DNA from: a virus
Lineage: Duplodnaviria > Caudoviricetes
Strand: one strand, 5' to 3'
DNA: 55,468 nucleotides
Virus record (IMG/VR): IMGVR_UViG_3300043449_000430
Span: 1-55,468 of that record
Below the pieces are notes generated by a model. That model searched no databases and had not been told where the DNA came from. It saw nothing but the letters and a program-made list of their open reading frames with translations. Below are positions 34,030-43,800 of the stretch, piece by piece. Position numbers and translations under genes: made by a program. The stretch's first letter is position 1. Each line of letters starts with the position of its first letter.

Positions 34030-35396
34030 TAGACCACATCCAAACCAAATCTAAACTCAATATAGTTTGTCGTATTTGCTGATTTAATAATTGTCTTTGC
34101 TTCTGGTGTCTTAATAACTGAGTAACCAGTTAGTCCGTATACTGAGTTATTGGATGTAACATTTTCAAGTCTAAAACCATCTAGACAAACATAGAAATCT
34201 GATGTTGGGGTTGTGCTACCATCTTTAATAACAGATGCATATATTCTTGCGTTATTTACTTCTGCCCAGGAAAAATCGGAACTCTTCTGTAATTCTTGAA
34301 GTTGTTTAGATACAACAAAATATCTATTAGTTGCAAAGTCATTGTCAGAGTCGTCCACCACTGCTTCAAACAATGCCCACTTACCACTTTTAAAGGTTCC
34401 AGTTGAGGAAAACTCTACAATAATTCTAACAGATTTTGGAAGTGTGCTTGCTGCACCAACCTTATTAACTACAGAGAATGCAAGTCTTAGTTCGTCTGTT
34501 GGAGAATTTTTGCTAAAGTCAACAGATGTATTGGTTAACTGGATGAAGTTTGATCCTGCTTCTGCTATTAGGTTCCCACTACTATTTACTGTAATGTTTG
34601 CGTTATTACCAACAATTGCAAAAATATTATTTAAGAACCTACATCTTTCATATCTGCTAACTCTATTTGAGTTTGTAAATATTTTATTATCTGCATTTGT
34701 TTGAAATACTGGATAAACCTGGTTAATAATATTTGTATCAACATCATTAATTAAGTAGCCAGAAGATGCGAATGTTCCTGTTACAGTCGAAGAAGATGTA
34801 ATAGTAAAAGATGTAGCAGATGGTACAGTGGCTATAGCAACATCAGACAAGTTAAAGACTGTCGGAGTTATACCAGAAATAGATATCCTAGTTCCAGATG
34901 TAAGTCCATGTTCTGCATCTGTAGTGTATGTTAAGACAGATCCAGAGGGTGTTCCTGCTGCTGATGTAGCATTTACTATTTTTACAACACGATCATCTAG
35001 TGGCTCATAAATTGATGGAATTTCTGTGCCCTGTGAAGAGTACTTCCATTGCTCTGATTCAGAAAATGAATATACAGTTTTGCTGTCAAAAGAACCTGCT
35101 GCAGGGTTTGATGCTGCAGAAAATATTCCAACTTCTGTAATCTCGTATCTTTCCTGAGTTGGAAGTTCTGCAGTAAGGACTACTTTTGAAACTCCATCTT
35201 CTTCTACAAAACCACGGGAAATGACTGGCACACGAAACATTTCAAAGTCAAGCGATGACTTGCTAGAGTAGTCTTCTAGGATTCCATCTGAGACAATAGG
35301 CTTTGGTCCACAACCAATTGCTATGTGTGATGCATATGATGGTGTTTGCCCAACAAGATACTTTGCTAAAATATTCTTACCTATATTAGTTATCAT
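34029..35396 (-). CDS. Putative minor tail/baseplate protein
   Basis: MITNIGK..LAK..IAIG..L.FE..R...ITEVGIF N-terminus typical of tail proteins. Confidence 0.6.
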   Translation of the reverse strand: MITNIGKNILAKYLVGQTPSYASHIAIGCGPKPIVSDGILEDYSSKSSLDFEMFRVPVISRGFVEEDGVSKVVLTAELPTQERYEITEVGIFSAASNPAAGSFDSKTVYSFSESEQWKYSSQGTEIPSIYEPLDDRVVKIVNATSAAGTPSGSVLTYTTDAEHGLTSGTRISISGITPTVFNLSDVAIATVPSATSFTITSSSTVTGTFASSGYLINDVDTNIINQVYPVFQTNADNKIFTNSNRVSRYERCRFLNNIFAIVGNNANITVNSSGNLIAEAGSNFIQLTNTSVDFSKNSPTDELRLAFSVVNKVGAASTLPKSVRIIVEFSSTGTFKSGKWALFEAVVDDSDNDFATNRYFVVSKQLQELQKSSDFSWAEVNNARIYASVIKDGSTTPTSDFYVCLDGFRLENVTSNNSVYGLTGYSVIKTPEAKTIIKSANTTNYIEFRFGLDVV

Positions 35397-35941
35397 TAAC
35401 TTCCTCCATTGTATATTGTATCATCAAAGGTTGATCCACTTGTCAGTATTTGAACCTCAGCCTGCTCTCCATCTTTAAGGTTAACTAGGTTAATTACTAG
35501 GTCTCCTGTTATTGGGTCTATGTATATTGACTTACAGTTTGGCACCTTGGTCCACTTAGTCTTGTCTGGCTCCCCGACCTTTTCTACGAGGTCGTATCCA
35601 TTACCACATTCTGGCAAGTGGTCTAGAACAGAAAGAGAAAGAGACTTAAAATACGAGTCTGAAGACTGAAGTCTTAAGATATTGTTTGGATTGTACTGCA
35701 AGTAAAGGTCTGTCAAGTTTTTTATTGGACTGTACAATATTTTTTGACCATTAACAAGGTCATGTCTTGAAATTGTTGCAAGTTCTTGCCCACCTATATC
35801 TTCAAAGATTAAGTCTGTCATTATATCAATAGACATAACCTCATCATCTCTTATAATAAGATCAGGTGTAGCAATCTTTACGGCACTACTATCCACTACT
35901 GTTTTTGGATCTGGAAGATTTGGTGTTGCGCTTGTTGTCAT
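35396..35941 (-). CDS. Putative tail protein
   Basis: Position in the tail operon, TAATG overlaps. Confidence 0.5.
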   Translation of the reverse strand: MTTSATPNLPDPKTVVDSSAVKIATPDLIIRDDEVMSIDIMTDLIFEDIGGQELATISRHDLVNGQKILYSPIKNLTDLYLQYNPNNILRLQSSDSYFKSLSLSVLDHLPECGNGYDLVEKVGEPDKTKWTKVPNCKSIYIDPITGDLVINLVNLKDGEQAEVQILTSGSTFDDTIYNGGS

Positions 35942-38900
35942 TAAACTACCTCACTTAGGAATACTGTCATTTCTGGCCCATCAGAACTCTTTGAATACTC
36001 TATATTATATATCACAAATCTACTTGAAGAAGAAGGAGATGCCATGCTTAGACCGTTTTCCTCATAGTCCACCGTAACTATATCTCCCAACTGAAGCGTT
36101 GGGATTGCAAAGATCTTAATACCTATAGACTTTCTTGGCTTTGTAATCTTTTCAACAAGCCACTTCATCAAACTATTTGCTTCATCATAAGACTGGATGT
36201 ATAGAGCGCTTATAGAAAAATCTTTTTTGCCGTAAGTCATTCTACTTAGTTTAATGTCTTGATAGTCCTGCTTAAACTTATATGGATTTGAAACTAGTTT
36301 ATCGGCAACAAACTCTGGATTTGAAGTTAAACTATTTTTGTTAAAGTATTCATCAAGTGTCAGTCTATTGTCAGACTGCTGAGTGAATGTCACACCCTGA
36401 ACTCTTAGATAGTTGCCTGTTGTCTCATCTAAACTGATTGCTGTATCCGTTGCGTTAAAGATCATAAACTCTGCCCCGTAAGATCCAGCCCTGAATCCTG
36501 AAACAACATATCCTTTAATCTTATTGAACGTTGGTGATATTTTTGCAGTCAATGCTGGAAACGCCTTATCATACTTGAAGTTAAATGTCGCTGCTTCTCT
36601 CATTATTGATCCAAACTCTTCAAAGAATATATTGTACTTAGGTGCTTCTGATGTTCCGATTCCAGATAGGTATGTGTTTTGGATTAGACCGCTCAGGGCA
36701 TACTTTCTAAAAGACTCATTTGCATCAACATCGGAATCTCCAAATGCTGAGTTAACTGGGGCACCTAAAGAGAAAGTTGTATTTTGAGAATAGTTATTGC
36801 AAAGAGCATATACATTTTCAAACATAACTCTTGAAGACCCTCTTGAGAATAGTGCAATCCCAGAGTAAACTGGTAGAGGATCTGTATCGTCCACTGTCTT
36901 AATTATTTTCCCGTTTAGATACAAATAGAATCTTCTTACTTTTCCTATGTCTTGGTACTCAACTGCAAGATCGTAAACCGTAGGATTTTCCTCAGCCACA
37001 ATTCTTGCCTGCCCAGTGAACTTGCCATCATCTACAGTTATTTCTCCAAGACCCTCCCATAACTTTACTGGGACTGCTTTTCCGTTATCAGACTTTACCT
37101 TATAAAAGAAAACATTGCTTACACTTTCTCTCTCTTCCTTTGAAAGATTTCCTATCCCAAGGGCTGCAATCTCAAAGTAGTATCCGACATTTGTTGATGA
37201 ATTTAGCATAAAAGCAAGTCCACCAGAACCACCAGAGATATTAATATTCTTGTCTGGAGTGTTTCCATTGACAACATAGTATGTTGCAGATCCATTAGAT
37301 GTCTGTCCTCTATCAGAACTATTCTCTATCTTTCCAACAATTCTCATTCTTGTTCCAAAATGCTTATACTTATTGTCTTCTAGTGATTTATGAACATATG
37401 AAATAAAGTTTCGTGGCTTTTCTTTTGTAGTAAAGTTTGGTCCAGTAACTGAAAGGGCGGAAGACTGAAGGGTTCCACTCTGAACTGCTGTTGCTGTACT
37501 GATTTCTCCTAAGAATGAAGTCGACATAAAGTTTTTAATAATTCCACTTCTTGAAGATGTTCTTGAAAGAGCATCTGAAGATATTCCAGAGTCAGTTAAC
37601 TTTCCAGCAGACGCCACAGTTGTTGATGGAGTAGTTAAGTCTTTTTGGAATAAGTATTCTGATGACATATAACAACCCTTTACGTTATCATCTGCCTTCC
37701 AGTAATCTGCTATCCCAGCACTATGAGCGACCACCTTTGTGCCAAACTGACCACGACCATGTTTTTGAACATCTCCATTTTGTAGTTTTACGACACCATC
37801 TTTTTCAAAATACTTTGGCTCGGAATAAATTCTGACAAGGCCAGTAGGATATATTTTTCCATTAAATGGAAGTTTTGCAAAATAGTTTTGATAGTCTTCT
37901 GTAGATGTTATCCAGACATTTCCAAACCCAGACACATTGTATTGAACAGCGTCATACTTTATAATCTCTCCCTGTGAATAAAAATATCCATTGTATCTAG
38001 TGATCCAATATGCTGCTTCTCCAAGACTAAATGTATTATTTATTACGATATTATTTTTTACAATGGGTACGTCTGCTGTAAGATCTGAGTTAAGCGGAAT
38101 AGCGCTAAGGACATAAGCAGACTGGGTAGCCACCTCATTATTAATAGACTTTGTGTTTTGGGTTCCAGAAACTTCCCACAGCAGTGCTGGCTTGTATGTA
38201 TAGAATCTTTCATTATCTACAAGGCTTGCCTGTCTAAGCGATCCGATAGACCTTTGAATGTATCTGCTGGTATAGTTGATTGTTCCATCATTGTATGCCG
38301 AATTTTCTTGGGTTGATACAGAGATTATGTTTGCCAATTTTGGTTTATTTGTCTTGTTACGAATTTCAGACTCTTCAATAAAGTCTTTAGTTCCTTTTAG
38401 GGCAAAGGTGGTTGGTCTTTCTGCTACTGTTGGCATTATATAATTTTTGCTCATCATAACAAAGTTATTGTATTCATCAAAGAACATCGCTGTCTGTGTT
38501 GATACTGCTAAATCTTCAAGAACCTGAGCAACGCTAGTTTCTGGAGAAACAAAAAAATATGGGATAACTATTTCTTTTTCGTTTGCTACTCTTTTAAAAG
38601 TATAGTTAGAAAATCCAATATGGTCTAGCAATAAAGAAACTGCAGAACTAACCGACACCTCTGTCATTAATATTTCTGGAGCGGTTATAGACTCAAGATA
38701 CCAATATAGATCTCTAAGATTTATGGCCACACGCTTTGTCATTAGGTCTTGCTTTGGAAATGCATCAGAGTATAGAGTTTTTATTGGGACATAGTAATCC
38801 CAGCCATCGACATCGACAACCACTTCGTAAAACTTAAACTGCACATGTCTGGAAATATATTTAGAAATAATGCTGTCTTTATTATTATCATTAAATGCAT

Positions 38901-40233
38901 TGTCATGATCAAAAATATTAATGTTTCCATTAGAGGCTATCAACTGGCCAACTGGCAATCCAGAAATACCAAGGTCTGAAGCGCTCTTGTTGATCGAGTA
39001 GTCTAATGTCTTATCGGAAATGTTTAAAGCAAGTCTTGGAGATATCTCGATAAGATCAAAAGTTGAATCTTTGACATTCATTGTCTCAACAACAACTCTT
39101 ACTCCACTAAGGTATTCAAATTCTCTAAATTGCAACTTATTGTCAAGTGGCCGATAAAAAACATCTGGGGATGTGGCGTCGGTAACAAAGTTTGTTAACC
39201 TGTCAACTGTTTCATCTTGTACATACCAGCCATACTTTGGGCTAAGCACAATATATTCTGTACCGTTCCAAATATGGAAACTTCCAATATCGTTAGCATT
39301 TGCTTTAATTAAATAAGCATACCCAACAACAGACTGCTCAGGGAGCAATACTACATCGCTATATGTCTCAGCAAATACAAAAGTATCTCTCCATTCGTCT
39401 GGGACAATTAGTCCATAAGCAATCTCAACATAACCATCACTCTTTATAACGGAAGAGCCATCTTTTCTTTTTACCGCTGGATCAAACGATATTACATTCT
39501 CCCAGTTGCCATCTTTGAGGAACTGGATTTTCCACTTGCTAGGAGTTTTTTGATTTGACTCACCAAAAAATGGATCAATGTACGACCCAGTAGATGAAGA
39601 AAATGGCCCAAGGTTTTCAGTTCCTGTATGGGTCTGCATTTTGACAACGACTCTGTTTGCTGGGATCTTTTCTTTATATACAACGAAGGGCACAGCGTCT
39701 TCAATAGAGTACTGCTGTCCACGAACCTTTGAAGCAATGCCATATTCAGAGCCAGACTCTGTTCTATAAGATGTCCAATATTTAAATTTATCATTTTTGT
39801 CTGGCATGTAGTACCTAGGTCTATCTGCCATAACAAGATTAGGATGATGAAGTTTTCCATTTTCAAAGAACATTGCCTTATTGATTCCAGACCTTGGCCT
39901 AAACTGTCCGAAGCAATCCTCTAGTGAGTACAGTGTCTGCATTTTTTCTTTTTTGTTTAAAAGAATTGTGGGGATATTGTCATTATCAAAAACACCGTCT
40001 ACGACAACATCTGCATCTGTTGCCCCAGTGTAAAAGTTTCCAGCATCGTTAATGTCAAAACTTGTTGGTAAAGAAGCATAGATAGAGCCTGACTGAGTTG
40101 GTCTGTATCGATAGTTTCCTATGTGCTTAATATTAGTTGGAATATTCATATTCCACTCAGCAGTTATAACTGACTTATTTCTTATTGTAGAAGATGTTTC
40201 TAAAAAATTCTGCAGACCTTTATCTTCAAACAT
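35941..40233 (-). CDS. Large tail tip/hub protein
   Basis: About 1430 aa, second gene after the tape measure; P.LQLGDIV C-terminal motif; start moved to MFEDKG. Confidence 0.65.
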   Translation of the reverse strand: MFEDKGLQNFLETSSTIRNKSVITAEWNMNIPTNIKHIGNYRYRPTQSGSIYASLPTSFDINDAGNFYTGATDADVVVDGVFDNDNIPTILLNKKEKMQTLYSLEDCFGQFRPRSGINKAMFFENGKLHHPNLVMADRPRYYMPDKNDKFKYWTSYRTESGSEYGIASKVRGQQYSIEDAVPFVVYKEKIPANRVVVKMQTHTGTENLGPFSSSTGSYIDPFFGESNQKTPSKWKIQFLKDGNWENVISFDPAVKRKDGSSVIKSDGYVEIAYGLIVPDEWRDTFVFAETYSDVVLLPEQSVVGYAYLIKANANDIGSFHIWNGTEYIVLSPKYGWYVQDETVDRLTNFVTDATSPDVFYRPLDNKLQFREFEYLSGVRVVVETMNVKDSTFDLIEISPRLALNISDKTLDYSINKSASDLGISGLPVGQLIASNGNINIFDHDNAFNDNNKDSIISKYISRHVQFKFYEVVVDVDGWDYYVPIKTLYSDAFPKQDLMTKRVAINLRDLYWYLESITAPEILMTEVSVSSAVSLLLDHIGFSNYTFKRVANEKEIVIPYFFVSPETSVAQVLEDLAVSTQTAMFFDEYNNFVMMSKNYIMPTVAERPTTFALKGTKDFIEESEIRNKTNKPKLANIISVSTQENSAYNDGTINYTSRYIQRSIGSLRQASLVDNERFYTYKPALLWEVSGTQNTKSINNEVATQSAYVLSAIPLNSDLTADVPIVKNNIVINNTFSLGEAAYWITRYNGYFYSQGEIIKYDAVQYNVSGFGNVWITSTEDYQNYFAKLPFNGKIYPTGLVRIYSEPKYFEKDGVVKLQNGDVQKHGRGQFGTKVVAHSAGIADYWKADDNVKGCYMSSEYLFQKDLTTPSTTVASAGKLTDSGISSDALSRTSSRSGIIKNFMSTSFLGEISTATAVQSGTLQSSALSVTGPNFTTKEKPRNFISYVHKSLEDNKYKHFGTRMRIVGKIENSSDRGQTSNGSATYYVVNGNTPDKNINISGGSGGLAFMLNSSTNVGYYFEIAALGIGNLSKEERESVSNVFFYKVKSDNGKAVPVKLWEGLGEITVDDGKFTGQARIVAEENPTVYDLAVEYQDIGKVRRFYLYLNGKIIKTVDDTDPLPVYSGIALFSRGSSRVMFENVYALCNNYSQNTTFSLGAPVNSAFGDSDVDANESFRKYALSGLIQNTYLSGIGTSEAPKYNIFFEEFGSIMREAATFNFKYDKAFPALTAKISPTFNKIKGYVVSGFRAGSYGAEFMIFNATDTAISLDETTGNYLRVQGVTFTQQSDNRLTLDEYFNKNSLTSNPEFVADKLVSNPYKFKQDYQDIKLSRMTYGKKDFSISALYIQSYDEANSLMKWLVEKITKPRKSIGIKIFAIPTLQLGDIVTVDYEENGLSMASPSSSSRFVIYNIEYSKSSDGPEMTVFLSEVV

Positions 40234-40871
40234 TATACTTCTTCCAAAGTAACTGAGACATTCCAATAATCAAAATTGGATCCTCTTTTTTCTACAGAGT
40301 ATGTAAAACTAGAAATAAACATCTCTACAAGTTGATTATATTGGGCTAAATGGTCATATGGATTTTCTTTACCCTTAAATACACCCTTCTTATCGTATGC
40401 AAGAAATACCCAAAAAGAGCCCTTATGCGAGTCATACCACTCAAGCATATCTGCTCCGCCAGCACCACCATCTGTAGTATAAGACTTGTATGGAGATAGC
40501 CCTGTTTCTGGATTAAAACTTGGGACATCTGAATGAGATCTAGAAGGAATCATGTTCCAACTAGTGCTAAGTTTCATCTTGTCTGCAATATGATATGACC
40601 TCATACGGCCATTTATCATTCGCTCCCGTTTTTCAATTCGCTCATCTGAGAAGTCTAATGGAGATCTATTGTCATCTGTAAGCATTAAAAACTGGTCTAT
40701 AAGAGTTGAATCTTCTTCTGCTGAGGCATCGGCTCCAACCTCAAGACCATAAGGGATATACAAACCATTTATCAGGGTCCCAGAATTTTCAGACCAAAGC
40801 ATACCGCTAGGTCTATCATATTTCCTACGACTTTGCATATAGGTATATCTTGGATCAATATTATCTGCCAT
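40233..40871 (-). CDS. Putative distal tail protein
   Basis: Directly after the tape measure; RMINGRMR...WNVSVTLEEV. Confidence 0.55.
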   Translation of the reverse strand: MADNIDPRYTYMQSRRKYDRPSGMLWSENSGTLINGLYIPYGLEVGADASAEEDSTLIDQFLMLTDDNRSPLDFSDERIEKRERMINGRMRSYHIADKMKLSTSWNMIPSRSHSDVPSFNPETGLSPYKSYTTDGGAGGADMLEWYDSHKGSFWVFLAYDKKGVFKGKENPYDHLAQYNQLVEMFISSFTYSVEKRGSNFDYWNVSVTLEEV

Positions 40872-43800
40872 TTATCCCAATCCCCCGAATTCTTCTATCT
40901 TCTACTTGCTTAATTGTCGACATTACTGCTTGTGCAATCTCATTTGGATTAGCGTCTGTCTTTGCATTAACAGTTAAAGTATATGTATTATTATACACTG
41001 CTCCGCCACTCGCATCTCCATTATTGATCTTTTTAAGATTATCTATCCCGTATGAGTCAACAGCATACTTGCTCATTACAAACTCTCCTGGGGTTAGCAT
41101 TGCTGGAATTGTGTCTGTTCCTCTTGCAAAACCTCCTGCTGCAAAATACTTAGGGACGATTCCGCCACCTGATAGATATCCGTACTTTGCTTTTCTTTCA
41201 GCAATAATCTCTGCTGCTGTTTTTGGTGCAACAACAGGTGCCATACCTAAGTATGATCTTTCTGCAGCAGATAAGGTCTGACCAGAAGTCAACTTAGATA
41301 GTGCTGCACGTCCGTCTACAGATGAACTAGTAGATGTCGCAGCGGGTGCCTGAGTCGTAGTCGCAGTAGTTGTAGTAGGCGCTGTAGTTGTTGTTGTAGG
41401 GGCTGTAGTCGCTGCTGTAGTTGTAGTTGGAACCACTGCTGGGTCATAAGCAGCACCGACAATTGGATCATTTCCGCTTGCTTGCTGATTGTTATAGCCC
41501 TGAATCAACTTGTTTTGAGTATTCAGACCAAGTTGCATTGACTCAATAAACTTCTTGCTACTAATCATAGCAACGTCTACCTGGTTTTTAATTGCTTCCC
41601 AGGCATCTCTAGTCTTCCCAAGTACGGTCAAACCTTCTATATCTTTATCTAGTTGAATCTGTCTTAGTCTAACAAATTCTTGTGCTGGCTCAATCTTCTT
41701 TTCTTCTAGGTCAAAGATTTCATCCTGAAGTTTCTTGATATCTGCCTCAAGTTCTTTTCTAGTCTTATAAGATTTTGTAGTAGGGTCGTACGCCTTTACT
41801 GAATCAAGTTCATATTGTCTAGCCTGATCTACTGCATCTTTTTGCTTTGTCACAGCATCAGCAGCCTGCTGTGCTCTCATATCCTGTGCTGCTCGTGCTG
41901 CTGCTGCGATGTCTCCAGATGTCAGTGCTTCGGCAAGTGTTAGTTGGCCTCTTTGTTGATCAGCAATAGAAGCATTGGCCTTTTCTACTTCATCTAAAGC
42001 CCTAATTCTCTCATCATACTTTTCATTAATCTTTTTCTCTTGATCTTCAATGGCCTTAAGAGATGCTTCTTTATCATCAATGCTATACTGAATTCCAGCA
42101 ATAGTATTTTGTGCTTCTTCAATTATCTTATTACTTTCTTTGGTGTCTAGATCAAACTTTATTTGAAGAGCAGTTTCTTGTACATCGAAAGCCTCCATAG
42201 CATTTCCAAAACCTTCATCAAATATGTCCTGCATATATCCAATTGTATTCTTTAACTGGTTAAGTCTTTCATCAAATTCTGAAACCATCTTATTGAGGTC
42301 GGCCTGGGCAGTCTTGATAAGTTCCTTGTCTGCGCCACTCTTAATTCTTTTTTGAACAAGAGCCTCTTGAGCAGCAATAGCGCTTTCCATTGATCTTAAG
42401 TTTTCGTCAGATCCAATTGCTGCTGCAGTCTCTGAACTATACTTACTTCTAATTCTGTCTTCCTGAACTCTGTCCTTTTTAAATTGAGCAATATCTGTTC
42501 TCACTCCTTGGATTGCTGCAGACTTTTCTTGTGCTTCTGTCAAGCCCTTATATCTGCTAATTAAAGTTTTTAGAGTTTTGTCATTTACCCCATTAGCAAT
42601 TGCTTGAGCAATAGTCTTATCAGTTATCAGATCATAAGCGTTTGCTACTGGGACACCAAGACCTGCGATCCTATCAAATGCCTTACCTTGATCAAGAAGA
42701 GCCTTAGACTCTGCCTCCATGCTAGAATTCCAGTCACCCATAGCAATTGAGTTCATGGCTTCTTGGATGTTCTTGGCATCATTTTTTAGTCCAACAATAT
42801 TTCCCTTATTGTCAAACTTAAACAGTGAGTTCTTTCGCTTTTCGTATTCTTTTGGATCCATGCCAACGATGAGTTCGATAAAGTCCTGGCTACCGCCCAA
42901 CTTTCTAATATCATTCTCTATACCGCTAAATACATCAATTGTCTTCTTGCCACCAAACAGGCCGTCAAGGGCCTTACGAGAGGCGCTCCAGCCTTCTGTG
43001 ACCTTTATCTGGTTCTTTCGTACATCTCTAAGTTTCTTAACTAGATCGTCAAGGGGGGAAGCCTCTACCTTGGTTGCTCCGCCACCACCACTGCCTGGGG
43101 GTGCTGTAGAAGTATCGACCTGCACTCCATCCTTTACAGCCTTCCATCCTTGGGACTCTATATATTTTTGTACAATATAAGACTTGCTTCCCTTTACGTC
43201 CTTTCCACCCTTTGGCCCACCTTCTTGTCTCCATGCCTTGAAGTCTGCGCTTTCAAGAATCTCTGGTTCTGGAACATTTATCAAAGAAGCAATTGTGGTT
43301 GAATAAACCTTTTGTTCGTTCTCGTCTAGAGTGTTAAAGTATGCCTCATCAAATGCTGCAGTTCCTTCAACCTTTGGTATAATCTTATAAACTATTTCGG
43401 CAGTTAAATCTTTTTCTCCTTCAATACTATCAAGCATTTTATTTAAGTCTTCATACGCTTTTGTATTCTTTGTGTAGTAACTTACCATCACATCTGAAGG
43501 GATTACAGCATTAAGATTATTTAATTTAATCATGTTCTTTGTAAAATCAAGAGCATCTGATTCTTTTTCAAATGCTGAAACCTTATTGATAAACTCAGTC
43601 TGAACTGTTTTATTAACAACCTTGTCTGCTCCAAGGATATTTTGTGCTGCAACACCAATAGATTCAGAAGTTGCTCCACTGAACTTAGTAATAATGTTCA
43701 TCATCTTTGGAGCAATATCTTCGTTATCTGTTGCTAGTTGTAAAAGACTTCTAAATACTGCTGGAGGAATATCTCCACTTGCCATCTTTGCTTGAATTAA

